Assembly (NCBI GenBank): GCA_022729235.1
Contig: JALDAJ010000001.1
Coordinates: forward strand, 800,001-864,000
Source: Candidatus Nanohalarchaeota archaeon
GTDB taxonomy: Archaea > Nanohalarchaeota > Nanosalinia > Nanosalinales > Nanosalinaceae
Length of the DNA stretch: 64,000 nt
Direction of reading: 5' to 3'
In this document: positions 27,346-37,182 of the stretch, piece after piece
Layout: each line of letters starts with the position of its first letter
How positions within the stretch are numbered: the first letter of the stretch is position 1
The notes under the pieces: model-generated
The model's database searches: none
What the model was told of the DNA's origin: nothing
The model's input: the letters and a program-made list of their open reading frames with translations, nothing else
Translations under genes and position numbers: made by a program

Positions 27346-28347
27346 ATGGATGCGCAAAGAATCTTCCTTGGCGGAGTAGCAGCACTGCTGGTGCTTACAT
27401 CATTCCTGATGGTCGCACCGTTTCTGGGTTACCTGCTGTCAGCTATTCTGCTCGCGTTTATCCTGAAGCCGTTGCAGGAGAAATTAGGGTCTTATATAGG
27501 ACCTAATATCGCGTCCGGGATCATCATAATACTGTTTATATCCGCAGTGATAGCACCTTTCGGTATAGCGTTAAGCGCAGTTGTAGATGACGCCCAGCAG
27601 TTAGTTGATAACATAGGAGATGCCGAGTTCCTGGATTTTGACGAGATAGAAGAACTTATATTTGATTACACTGGTCAGGAAATCAACTTACAGCAAGAAA
27701 TACAGGCTGGGCTTGAAAGGTTTGCCGAGGTCGCGGTCGGCGGGTTCGCCCAGGTAGTTGACCTTATAACAGGAGTTCTCATAGGGCTGCTGATTATGAT
27801 ATTTGTTCTTTTCTACCTCCTGAAAGACGGTGAAAAACTCCATGCATGGGTGGTAGAGGTTACGCCGGTAGCAGAAGACCTGCAGGATGATCTGTACTCT
27901 AAGGCTGAGCTCATGACCTGGTCTGTATTGAAGGGTCACGTGCTGGTGGCTATAATAGAAGGTCTCATAGGAGGTCTTGGTCTCTGGCTCGCCGGCGTCC
28001 CGAACGTCGCGTTCTGGACGTTCATCATGATAATCCTTAGTTTCATCCCGGTTGTAGGTGCGTTCCTTGTATGGGCGCCAGCATCGATTTATCTCTTCCT
28101 GGTAGGAGAGCTCTCATCCGCTCTTTTCCTCTTCGTTTACGGGGCGGTAATCATCAGTCTGGCGGACAACCTCCTCCGACCGTACATGGTCGATAAAAGG
28201 GCGGAGATACATCCTGCAGCGATACTGATAGGTGTTATAGGCGGTATCTATGTGTTCGGTGCAGTCGGGTTATTCATCGGACCTATCATTTTCGGCTTCT
28301 CCAAGACTGTCCTGGATGTTCTTATGAGGGAGCAGTCAGAACCATAA
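27346..28347 (+). CDS. AI-2E family transporter
   Basis: FYLLKDG, IPVVG, DNLLRP, HP..ILIGVIGG, GLFIGP. Confidence 0.93.
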   Translation: MDAQRIFLGGVAALLVLTSFLMVAPFLGYLLSAILLAFILKPLQEKLGSYIGPNIASGIIIILFISAVIAPFGIALSAVVDDAQQLVDNIGDAEFLDFDEIEELIFDYTGQEINLQQEIQAGLERFAEVAVGGFAQVVDLITGVLIGLLIMIFVLFYLLKDGEKLHAWVVEVTPVAEDLQDDLYSKAELMTWSVLKGHVLVAIIEGLIGGLGLWLAGVPNVAFWTFIMIILSFIPVVGAFLVWAPASIYLFLVGELSSALFLFVYGAVIISLADNLLRPYMVDKRAEIHPAAILIGVIGGIYVFGAVGLFIGPIIFGFSKTVLDVLMREQSEP

Positions 28348-28348
28348 G

Positions 28349-28890
28349 CTAGGTATCGATACCTGCTTTATTCAGTCTTGAAAGGATGTCCTCCCTTTCG
28401 AGACCCCAGTCATCTATAAGTTCCAGTAAAAACTCTCTGTCAAACTCCTTGTTATTTAGAGACCTTAGGTCATTTCTATCCTTCTCCCGGTTCATCTTCG
28501 CCTTCAGAACAAATAGTTCTTCCAGAGGCGCGATATTCACTTTCTGTCCCAGAAATTCTTCTTCTCGCTGTGTTCGAACAGCTTCTGCATGTTATCTTCT
28601 TGAACCCTCTTAGGCGGAAAACCAGAACTGGCTTCAACTTCTATTCCTCTGAAAACAGTTTCAAAACCCTGGTCGTCGATGTGGTTGCCGTCTTTCACGT
28701 AATCCCTATCCTCGACTTCTGCACCTAATCTGCTGGCAAATTCTCCGATATCTTGTTCGCTCACGATGAAGTCTATATCACTGAGATCTCGGTTAGAGTC
28801 ACCGTAGAGTTTCACTGCCATACCTGAGAAAACTAGCCAGTCTAAGCCTTTGATTATGTCAAAAAGCTCAGAAAAGCCTTCTTTATCCAT
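28349..28890 (-). pseudogene. Frameshifted nucleotidyltransferase (MNT-like)
   Basis: SGMA..LYG..R..SDIDF in 28537-28890 continues in another frame as EEFLGQKVNIAPLEELFVLK...REKD; shift near 28560. Confidence 0.75.
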
Positions 28891-28938
28891 AACTGTACTA
28901 TATTCCGGAAAGATAAAAAAAGAAAAAGTACCTGGGTT

Positions 28939-29211
28939 CTAGAAGTCGCTGTCCTGAGCCCAGTTGTAGAGATAGGCGATAAGCGCTCCGCCAATCGCTC
29001 CGTCAACAACTGCCCACACTGTTCCGATTAATGTCCCTGTCAGGGTGGCTTCATAGCCTATATAGATAGAGGAAGCCAGTTCAACTACAGCGACTCCGTA
29101 ATCAGCGTAAGTCGCTAAAAGTCCGAGAACTAGTGCAAACAGTCCGCATGTAGCGGCTAGAGCGATAGCAAGAGACTTAACGTCAAGTTCTTCTGCCATA
29201 GAGTTTTTCAC
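28939..29211 (-). CDS. Small 2-TM protein (holin-like family)
   Basis: SIYIGYEAT..G..IG..WA..DG..GG.LIA.LYN pattern. Confidence 0.65.
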   Translation of the reverse strand: MKNSMAEELDVKSLAIALAATCGLFALVLGLLATYADYGVAVVELASSIYIGYEATLTGTLIGTVWAVVDGAIGGALIAYLYNWAQDSDF

Positions 29212-29303
29212 CTTGTTAAACAGTTCTGTTCGCTCATTAAAAAGCGCTTCTTATACCTGCCAAACAGCATAACCAATAAGAGTATGACGCCTAATCGTAA
29301 GAT

Positions 29304-30149
29304 ATGGTCTTCGGCAGGTTAAAAACAGGGCTATTACTGACAAAGGACAGCCTATTACTGATGCGGCATAACCCAAAATTAGGGCTGTTCCCGCTTGTAA
29401 GCGGTGCTGCCGGTTTTCTATTCCTCGCTATCTTCCTCGGAGTGACTTTCGGTCTAACGGCTGTTGCTCCCGAGGGTATAGCGCTTGCCGCACTGTTTTT
29501 CGTATACCTTGGACTGACGTTTATCTCATCGTTTTTCACCGCTGGCCTGGTGCACCAGACCCGTGAAGTACTGGAAGGCGGAGAAGCCTCTCTACGGGCA
29601 GGTATGGCAGGAGCGTGGAACGTGAAAAAGCCGTTACTGGTCTGGGCATTCATCAGCGCAACAGTCGGTATAATAATCAACGCAATCGAGAACTCTGACT
29701 CCCGAATGGCGCGTATCTTTGGCGTAATCTTCGGCGTCGCATGGACGCTTATGACATTCTTCATAATACCGGTGATAGTCTTCGAGAAAACCTCTACCAA
29801 GGGAATGTTTACAAGAAGCGCCAGTACTTTCAAACAGACATGGGGAGAGACCCCGATAAGTCTCATCGGAGTCCAGCTTGTCTCAGTAGCTGTTATGGCG
29901 GTGTTTGCACTACCCGCGATTTACCTGTTTTCCGTAGGAATTATTTCTATCGCTATCGGACTGGTACTGACCGGCGTACTACTTTCATTCCTCGCCGCAC
30001 AGACACTCCAGGGCGTGGTGAAAACGGTCCTGTACCTCTACGCAGCTACAGGGGCAAAACCAGGCGAGTTCAACGACATCGACTTCGATGACCTGGCAAG
30101 CAGCAAATCCCGCTCCTCGTTGACCGGTCCCGCAACCAGCTTCCAGTAG
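29304..30149 (+). CDS. DUF6159-like membrane protein
   Basis: WA.ISATVG, W.L.TFF.IPV..FE and FK.TWGE motifs. Confidence 0.75.
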   Translation: MVFGRLKTGLLLTKDSLLLMRHNPKLGLFPLVSGAAGFLFLAIFLGVTFGLTAVAPEGIALAALFFVYLGLTFISSFFTAGLVHQTREVLEGGEASLRAGMAGAWNVKKPLLVWAFISATVGIIINAIENSDSRMARIFGVIFGVAWTLMTFFIIPVIVFEKTSTKGMFTRSASTFKQTWGETPISLIGVQLVSVAVMAVFALPAIYLFSVGIISIAIGLVLTGVLLSFLAAQTLQGVVKTVLYLYAATGAKPGEFNDIDFDDLASSKSRSSLTGPATSFQ

Positions 30150-30179
30150 GCGTTATTACAATCGATATGCCTTTACTTT

Positions 30180-31169
30180 TTAGGTGTAGGCAACTTCTCT
30201 CTCGAAGAGCTGTTCTTCAGCCTCCTCTGGATCTTTCTCAGGGTCTGGTAGTTCTGCAGCCTTGTCGTAAGACACTTTGACTCTTACTTCAAATTCTTGC
30301 TCTTCTCTATCGCCTACCAGGTCCATAGGTTCTTCTCCATAAGGCTTTTTGATATCTGTTAGCAGGTGGATATGGCCTTCGTAGACGATTCCATCTCCTA
30401 CATCATAGGCGATGACTTCTGGCGTTCTTTCTTCACCCTCTCCTATGCATGACTCTATCCTGACCTCGTTTTTCTCTATGATATCTTCCATCAGAGCTTG
30501 ATGGATATCCTCGTCCATAGGGCCTCCATAATCTACGTTGGAGGTGTATTCTCTGATAAGAGGGGAGAAAAATTCTTCAAATTCGTCTACATCAAGATTA
30601 ACGCTGGTTGCTCCATCTAGTTTAATTTTCTTTTCTTTTCCAGCATAATTGCTTACCACAGTCTTAATTTTCTGTAAATAGCTACTATTTTTCCGATCAT
30701 TGTACTTTTCCACTCCTTTAAGAATCCTTTTTATGCCTTTTAATTCCTCTTTACTAGATTCTCTGGGTCTTAGCATGCTTTTAACGCATTTCTTTGTGAC
30801 TTTCGCGGTCTTTTTTAGACCAAGTGAAGGAGCCCTATTTCTCACGGGGTTAGAAGGATTACCATCGTAATCGATATGTCTGCTACGGGCTCCTGTTTTT
30901 AATTTGTAGCCTGAAGATGTTCTTTGAATACTGTGATCTCCATCATTCAACTCTTCCACACCGTCTTCACTCACGTCCAGTATATATCTTTTACCTCCTT
31001 TTTTTCCGATATACCTTCCGTCATCCATCTTCCATACAGTATGGAAGCCTCTGCTCAGCTTCTCTCCGTCTGAGTTATAGAAAGCGCTGGTAGCACCTCT
31101 TCCTTTGATTTCAAGGCCTTCTTCCACTTCTCCATATACTTCGTTAAGATCTTCTTCAATACTCTTCAT
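30180..31169 (-). CDS. Hypothetical protein (beta-repeat-like N-terminus)
   Basis: 329-aa ORF. Confidence 0.6.
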   Translation of the reverse strand: MKSIEEDLNEVYGEVEEGLEIKGRGATSAFYNSDGEKLSRGFHTVWKMDDGRYIGKKGGKRYILDVSEDGVEELNDGDHSIQRTSSGYKLKTGARSRHIDYDGNPSNPVRNRAPSLGLKKTAKVTKKCVKSMLRPRESSKEELKGIKRILKGVEKYNDRKNSSYLQKIKTVVSNYAGKEKKIKLDGATSVNLDVDEFEEFFSPLIREYTSNVDYGGPMDEDIHQALMEDIIEKNEVRIESCIGEGEERTPEVIAYDVGDGIVYEGHIHLLTDIKKPYGEEPMDLVGDREEQEFEVRVKVSYDKAAELPDPEKDPEEAEEQLFEREVAYT

Positions 31170-31261
31170 AAATTGTTATTTCCTACTACTAATTCATAAG
31201 TTCCGAATAATATAATTAGGCCAACCGCGCTCAGAGTAACAGACAGTTAAACGCTGATTAA

Positions 31262-31273
31262 AAGCCCCGCCCG
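31262..31273 (-). repeat. Putative distal att site (duplicated tRNA 3' end)
   Basis: 12-bp identity with 63905-63916. Confidence 0.65.
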
Positions 31274-31891
31274 GACGTACTACCAAGCGTTCAAAGCCCT
31301 CAATCGAAACACGGCGTGGCGAAAGGGCTAGCGACCTAGAGATATTTATAGCCCATTGGAAAAGTGGTGAGGGGCTACGAATCAAGGGTACAAAGCCCCA
31401 GAAGAAAACAGGAAACTGTATTTGTAATAAAAAATCATAAAAGACTAAGGGCTAAATCCGTCTTATGAACCAAGGTGGATGCTTTTGGTTTGCATTCGTT
31501 AATTAGTTCTTGTAGCTATAGCTTTATCGCGGGTGACTGTTTTTGGTAATTTCTTACTGAATAAATATCCTACTTCTGTTCAAAACTATTCTAGAATTAG
31601 TTCTGTAAGAAATATTTCTTGGTTGCTATTAAAACATATTTTATGACTATCTAGAACTTCTCAATAAGTTTAAAGCTCAAAGAGCTGTATTTATGCCGTT
31701 TTAAGTCTTCTAAATCGATATAAGGCATTTAAAGCTTTTGTAATAATGTAGAATCGCGTGATTGAAATGACAAACAGCATGCAAGCCAAAATAGCAGAAG
31801 CCCAGAAGGGTGGATGCTTTTGGAGCATTAAAATCTAGTATCAGTCGTGGTGAGTTAGGCCTCACTGGGCTTGAGAAAGGAGGTGAAATCA

Positions 31892-32338
31892 ATGGTAAGA
31901 GATGAACTTCCGTCTACTCCGCAAATAGAAGCTGTTGAAGAGGTGCTTGAAGATCGAGGTTACGAGGCCAGGGAAACTAATCTAACTAGGGTGAAAAATA
32001 GTGATGAAACCTTCGAATACACGAGCTTCAGGAAGAGTCCTGTAAATTCCTCGTTGGTTTATGACCAAGAGACGGGAGATGTTGTACAATTATCCGTCGC
32101 TCTTCCAAAAGGGAGGCCTTATGATTCAGAAACGGGACTTCATGATCTGGATCCAGATGCAGTTCAATCAGCGATTGACTATCTGCAGAACGAGGATAGG
32201 ATAGAGTACGATGACGAATTAGGATCTATAACAGCTAGATTTGAACCTCAGGAAACGCCTGAAGAAACGGCTGATCTACTGGAGGAGACGGCAGAAGCAG
32301 TGGAGACTGTTGCGGACATTAGAGAGGCTCTAAGCTAA
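31892..32338 (+). CDS. Hypothetical protein (cassette 1)
   Basis: AGGAGGTGA SD before ATG 31892; T-rich terminator after the stop. Confidence 0.7.
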   Translation: MVRDELPSTPQIEAVEEVLEDRGYEARETNLTRVKNSDETFEYTSFRKSPVNSSLVYDQETGDVVQLSVALPKGRPYDSETGLHDLDPDAVQSAIDYLQNEDRIEYDDELGSITARFEPQETPEETADLLEETAEAVETVADIREALS

Positions 32339-32593
32339 ACAAACGTTCATATATCTACTTTTTTCTTTTACTTACTCTCTTCTAGGTAAAGAAAGTTCAG
32401 AATTAGAGAAACAGACAGAAAATACAAGGGGCTTTTGTAGATTATTTGTCTAAATCTTAAAATTCAACCGAAATATGCACTCTCCTATCTAGATATTATT
32501 TAAATGCTGAAGGCTGTATTTCTTTTGAAAATCCAAACGAAACAAGGAGAGGCGAAGAATAAGTCGATAAACGACTGTGAACGCTTGAGAGGG

Positions 32594-32670
32594 AAGCCCC
32601 GTTTTGAGGTATGAATGTTGACTTCAACATCTCATACTGAGATTGCGGTGAAACCCCGAGAGGTATACTA
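32594..32670 (+). repeat. AGCCCC-TTTT-GAG...GTGAAACCCCGA structured repeat, copy B
   Basis: Shares AAGCCCCGTTTTGAG with 33394 and GTGA(A)CCCCGA with the other copies. Confidence 0.6.
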
Positions 32671-32717
32671 TGATTTAGTCCGCAAGTTAATTAAGAATAT
32701 TTTGCTATCAATAAGTT

Positions 32718-33353
32718 ATGACAGGTTGGTCTGTGGTTGAAACCGAGTATTCATCTGAGGGAAGACCAGAATACGAACAGATTTTTGTTAATGGAGATTC
32801 GGAGGCTGTAGAGAATTTGAATGAGGTATATTTAGAAGAGAGACTAAATGGATTTTCCTTCAAGGATGCAGCAGAGAACCTGTCAAACGCACAGAGAAAT
32901 GGTAAAAGTAGAGAAAGCTCAGGAGATATAATTTATCCTGCAATTACAGAGGATGGTTATCGTTGGCGAGAAGAAATAATCAGAAGTGACGGCAGCTGGA
33001 GAAAAAGTATTCCATTCGTAGATTATCAAGAGATAGCTGTCTTATTTCCGCAAAAACGCTCAGGAATTAATCCCGATGATTTGGATGATGGCGAGATAGG
33101 TTTGGGTGCCTTACTCGTTGGGCAAGGATACAGTGCTGAAGAAGCACAAAGAATAGCTAAAGAACGGAAAGAAGCAACTAAAGAGGCTGTAGAAAATAAT
33201 CCGTATCTACGAGATACACACTTTCTAGGAGACCGTTCCGTAGCAGTATACGCAACAGATAATGTAGAAACTAACGGGGCTGAAGAATTTCTCTGGGAAT
33301 TGGCAGATGCTTTAGAGAAAGAAACAGTAGATAAGCAATTTGGAAATAAATGA
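32718..33353 (+). CDS. Hypothetical protein (cassette 2)
   Basis: 211-aa ORF followed by the hairpin AGCCC-gcact-GGGCT. Confidence 0.65.
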   Translation: MTGWSVVETEYSSEGRPEYEQIFVNGDSEAVENLNEVYLEERLNGFSFKDAAENLSNAQRNGKSRESSGDIIYPAITEDGYRWREEIIRSDGSWRKSIPFVDYQEIAVLFPQKRSGINPDDLDDGEIGLGALLVGQGYSAEEAQRIAKERKEATKEAVENNPYLRDTHFLGDRSVAVYATDNVETNGAEEFLWELADALEKETVDKQFGNK

Positions 33354-33393
33354 TAAAATAAGCCCGCACTGGGCTCTTGAACATAACGCTTAT

Positions 33394-33490
33394 AAGCCCC
33401 GTTTTGAGTTCGGGTAATCGGGTTCAAAAGCCCACAAACTAGTGGACAGTGACCCCGAGGTCAGTATTTAGTTTTGTATAGACAAATGTT
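33394..33490 (+). repeat. Structured repeat, copy C
   Basis: agccccgttttgag..gggttcaaaagcccacaa..gtgaccccgagg..tagaca. Confidence 0.7.
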
Positions 33491-33511
33491 TTAACTTATT
33501 GTTTGGTTATT

Positions 33512-34768
33512 CTAGATTGGATTAATAGCAGAAACCTCAGGTATGTATATTAAGGCATCAAAGTTTTCTCTAAGTCTCAGTTTGTCGTAGTGATCTTCAA
33601 TATTTTCAAGATGGAAATAAGTTCCTGCAGTATGGAGTCTGTGTTCTTGAGTTATCCATTCCTTCAGTCCTTCATTTGGTATGCCTGTAAAGTCTAGGAA
33701 GAATGGTTCTTGAATCTGATCTAGTTCTTGAGCTAGAGTGTCTTCGTGTAGTTTTTCAAATGATCTTTCTCCCTCCCAGTTAGGCTGTGGTTCTTCCATA
33801 TCGAGGTATTTGAATGATCCTGTTCCGAAATCAAAGCCGATGGCGTAATAGTCTTCCCCGTATTTCTGATCTAGATAGTATCCGAGTGCCTTTGATTCAG
33901 GGTTTTCAGGTTTCCCTCCTTTCTTGATGTGAGCGTTATGTGACCAGACAAATGCCTTTTCTTCATCTTCGAAATCCATCATCCAAGAAATATTTTCCGC
34001 CATACTTTGGTCACGGAAAGTCCAAGAATCTATATCAAGTTCAGCATTCTCATTTACGGCTAAACAGAACTTTCTACACTGCTCAAGTATCACTACTAAC
34101 TGCTTCAATAAGTTGTATTCTTTCTCAGAAATAATTTCCAGATACTCATCCTGCTTCTGCTTGACTTGATTCTCCAAATCTGTGATAAAGTCTTTGAGTT
34201 CCGCTTCTTTTTCTTTATCTATTTCTGCGAACATCATCTTTCCTTGCTCCATAAACTCCAGAGTCTCATTATTTGCTTCAATAAAGTCTCTGTCAACTTT
34301 CTGCATAATTTTCCGCAGCTTCTTGAAAGAAGCAATATCATTCTGCATATCAAAGCCATAGAATCTGACTTTCTCCTCATCTGAAACCTGCTTATTATGT
34401 TCTCGAACCCATTCCACCAAGTTCAAAATTTCTTCTGTTCTGAATATAGGCGAGCTTATCGAACTCAGTGCTTCTTCAGCCGTTCCTTCTCCGTTAACAA
34501 CATAGTTGTTGATTTCAAGCGTTTCTCCAAACGATGCTTCCCAAGCGAATATACGGTAGTCTAACTCTTCAACAAGAAATCGAAAGAATCTGCGTCTAAC
34601 CTGATGAAACTCTTTAGTGGAGTGTGTAGCTTCGCCTATACCAATGATTTTCCTGTTCTCAAGTGTTTCTTTCGGTATTTGGAAGTCTTCAAAAGGATTT
34701 TCTGAAGAAATCTTAAGCGGAGTTGAATAAGATTCTAACTGATTTGATATATTCTCTTGAGAAGACAT
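33512..34768 (-). CDS. Erythromycin esterase (EreA/B-like) family hydrolase (cassette 3)
   Basis: IGIGEATH, FYGFDMQ, RDQSMAEN, WSHNAH and FDALIYI motifs. Confidence 0.92.
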   Translation of the reverse strand: MSSQENISNQLESYSTPLKISSENPFEDFQIPKETLENRKIIGIGEATHSTKEFHQVRRRFFRFLVEELDYRIFAWEASFGETLEINNYVVNGEGTAEEALSSISSPIFRTEEILNLVEWVREHNKQVSDEEKVRFYGFDMQNDIASFKKLRKIMQKVDRDFIEANNETLEFMEQGKMMFAEIDKEKEAELKDFITDLENQVKQKQDEYLEIISEKEYNLLKQLVVILEQCRKFCLAVNENAELDIDSWTFRDQSMAENISWMMDFEDEEKAFVWSHNAHIKKGGKPENPESKALGYYLDQKYGEDYYAIGFDFGTGSFKYLDMEEPQPNWEGERSFEKLHEDTLAQELDQIQEPFFLDFTGIPNEGLKEWITQEHRLHTAGTYFHLENIEDHYDKLRLRENFDALIYIPEVSAINPI

Positions 34769-34955
34769 AGAACACAAATTTACATTTTCAGGCTTAAATC
34801 TCTGGAATTCTCGAAATACTTAACACTAACGAAAATTACGGCAATATCTTTCAATAACTAATTGTGACAAAAAATATCAACTTCAAATGCTCGTATGAGA
34901 AATTCTAAACCAAAAAACCTGTTATCAGAACCTGATAGATACAAATATAGTGTTT

Positions 34956-35050
34956 AGCCCCTTTTCGAGCTTGGGATGTAGGGTTCGAAAGCCCACAATC
35001 CCTTGGTGAACCCCGAAGGGTTGTAATGTCGGTCTACATAGACAGTTTTT
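34956..35050 (+). repeat. Structured repeat, copy D
   Basis: agccccttttcgag..gggttcgaaagcccacaa..ggtgaaccccgaagg..tagaca. Confidence 0.7.
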
Positions 35051-36051
35051 TATGAATTCTGAATTCTGTGAGCTACATCTGATGAACTGAATAGTCTGGC
35101 GTCTTTAGATACCGTCAATATGGTCTCTCCATCATACTTGTGTTCAATCTGCTGAAGCAGTTCCTCCAGGAATTCTAGTTCTTCATTAGTAAATACATCT
35201 ATCTGCTCTAGAGCTACGTCTAGGCTAGCCTTAACTTCCTCATAAGATATTGTATCTGAAATTTGAGGTTTCATCGTTTCTAATTTAATCTCTGAAAGAA
35301 CATCTTCTATGTCTTCCATACCGATACTGTCTTCAAGATGTAGGAATATGGATGCGCCGTGTTTCAGGAGAAGATATTTTGGCTTCTTGTCGTGTAGTGG
35401 GAGGAATATTTTGTGGGAGCTTTCCATTTCTTCAGGGTTCTTTTTGACTCCTTTCAGAAAGCTCTTGATTATCGTTACCTTTTCCGTTGATTCAAGCTCT
35501 TCTCTTACATCGTATTCTTCTAGAAGGTCGTCATAAATTTCTGACGCATAATCTTCCAGTTCTATAGTTTTTTCTTCCTCAATTTTTCTGATGATTTTTC
35601 CCAGTAATTTGTCCATCGAAACTTTTTCTTCTCCTATGACGATTTCTTCTTCCAATATGGAGTTATCTTCTAGACCGTGGTAAACTGCGGTTTTATAGGA
35701 TTTTTCTCCGTCAAGATTAATTTTGACCGAGGTATTCTGTGGTTTAGTATGTTTGATGCTTTTCTCGTCGCTAAAACGGGATGAGAAGCTGTAAATTACT
35801 TGTTTGTAGTCTTCGTTTATCCTGATGGCGTGAGGTCTGGTGCTTTCATCCTTTATTATAAGATTACTCTCTTTCAGCCTACCTAGATTTCTGGATACAG
35901 CATCTCTTTCATATGGGACTCTATCTACGATTTCGTTTACCGAGAATTCTTCCTTATCTGAGTTATGCAGAACTTGTAGTATACAGTCCATAGTTCGATT
36001 GTAATGGACGTATCCTTCTTCTCTGTTAATGTGGTATCCCTCCTGATACAT
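35050..36051 (-). CDS. N-terminal wHTH protein (putative regulator)
   Basis: FSVNEIVDRVPYERDAVSRNLGRLKESNLI; divergent from the MCM operon. Confidence 0.65.
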   Translation of the reverse strand: MYQEGYHINREEGYVHYNRTMDCILQVLHNSDKEEFSVNEIVDRVPYERDAVSRNLGRLKESNLIIKDESTRPHAIRINEDYKQVIYSFSSRFSDEKSIKHTKPQNTSVKINLDGEKSYKTAVYHGLEDNSILEEEIVIGEEKVSMDKLLGKIIRKIEEEKTIELEDYASEIYDDLLEEYDVREELESTEKVTIIKSFLKGVKKNPEEMESSHKIFLPLHDKKPKYLLLKHGASIFLHLEDSIGMEDIEDVLSEIKLETMKPQISDTISYEEVKASLDVALEQIDVFTNEELEFLEELLQQIEHKYDGETILTVSKDARLFSSSDVAHRIQNS

Positions 36052-36230
36052 TATGTATTACCCGCGGATACATAAAAAGGGTTTGGTCGGCAATCATCCC
36101 ACAGGATGAAAGAATCCAAGAAAACCTCGGCGAACACGCAAGAAAACAGTATTAGGGTCGGCGTAGAACTTCCTTCACACTCTGCGCCGACTCCAACATT
36201 TTTCCTGATTTCAGCCAGGAGGTGTAGAAA

Positions 36231-36743
36231 ATGGCAGTAACCGACGGACGAAGAAAATTCCGCTGTGGTAAGTGTGAGGAAGAAATCGAAGAATGGGACA
36301 GAACTCCTGAAAGCGACAGCCACGACTTCAAATGTCCAAACTGCAACAAGCCTCATATTCATCACCGAACTGACGCTTTCGAGGAACTGATTCCAGTAAG
36401 TGAAGAAGACGGCGAACACCAGAACGTGTTCATTACTACTACAGGTAGGAAAATTCACGGCATAGACTCCGTACAACGCCTCCTGACAGAAGCAACTTCC
36501 AAGAAAACCTGTAAAAACTGTCACGCAGAGAAACACGAAGACTGGGAATACAGCAAGTCTCCAAACTACGACCTTGCCTGTCCAGAGTGCGGGAAGAAAC
36601 ACTTAGAAGACACCAACAAGCTGATTCCAGTCGATAAAGAAGGAAACCGTCAAGACGTGATGGAGGACTCAAGAGGACGGACATATATAGGAGAGGAAGA
36701 GATACAGGAAGCCCTAGAAAAACTGAAGGAGGAGATAGAATGA
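36231..36743 (+). CDS. Duplicated zinc-ribbon protein
   Basis: Two CxxC..CPxC..LIPV..D.. internal repeats; AGGAGGTG SD. Confidence 0.75.
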   Translation: MAVTDGRRKFRCGKCEEEIEEWDRTPESDSHDFKCPNCNKPHIHHRTDAFEELIPVSEEDGEHQNVFITTTGRKIHGIDSVQRLLTEATSKKTCKNCHAEKHEDWEYSKSPNYDLACPECGKKHLEDTNKLIPVDKEGNRQDVMEDSRGRTYIGEEEIQEALEKLKEEIE

Positions 36744-36865
36744 AGCGCAATCGTTGTGATAGATGTGGTAGCGACGATATTGCAGTAAACAACAACTCTG
36801 ACTCTATAAATCGGAGAACTCTACGTTGCAGAGAATGCGGGAAAACAGGGTTCGAGGTGTTCTAG
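36740..36865 (+). CDS. 41-aa zinc-ribbon microprotein
   Basis: MKRNRCDRCGS...LRCRECG; ATGA overlap and GGAGG SD. Confidence 0.7.
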   Translation: MKRNRCDRCGSDDIAVNNNSDSINRRTLRCRECGKTGFEVF

Positions 36866-36960
36866 TATGGTAAAAAATACTGCTATGAAACTCAATCAGA
36901 ATTCAGGTTATCGCAATTTATTCACGGAAAATCTGGTCAGAAAAGAGAAGGTGGTTAGGG

Positions 36961-37182
36961 ATGAATAGACAAGAGCTATTTCTCTATAACTACTACGGTT
37001 GTCCTCCGCCTCCTCCAGAAAAGAGGGATGAGGAATGCACAGTAGAAGGTTGTGCGGAAAGTGCCTGGATACAAGGTAATTGTCCCGACCACCTCTCTTT
37101 TGACTTAGCTACAATCTGGTCAGGACTGGATAACACAAAATCTGCAAACGAATTCCTGAAACTTCTAGGTCATAAGGTATGA
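36961..37182 (+). CDS. Small Cys/His zinc-binding protein
   Basis: CTVEGC...G.CPDH motif. Confidence 0.6.
   Translation: MNRQELFLYNYYGCPPPPPEKRDEECTVEGCAESAWIQGNCPDHLSFDLATIWSGLDNTKSANEFLKLLGHKV

Noticed and set aside
28939-29211. Holin-like gene as evidence of a provirus
   Set aside because: No neighbouring viral genes, outside the att-bounded island, and this family is common in cellular genomes
33420-33435. GGGTTCAAAAGCCC / GGGTTCGAAAGCCC (also ~34981) as tRNA genes
   Set aside because: T-arm-like only; no acceptor, D or anticodon arms form a cloverleaf
33512-34768. Bona fide macrolide resistance gene
   Set aside because: The family is broad and archaea are generally insensitive to erythromycin; the substrate cannot be inferred from motifs
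31262-35050. CRISPR array interpretation of the AGCCC repeats spaced 32-34 bp
   Set aside because: The repeats are only 5-8 bp or are separated by whole genes; there are no 25-40 bp identical repeats and no cas genes in the window
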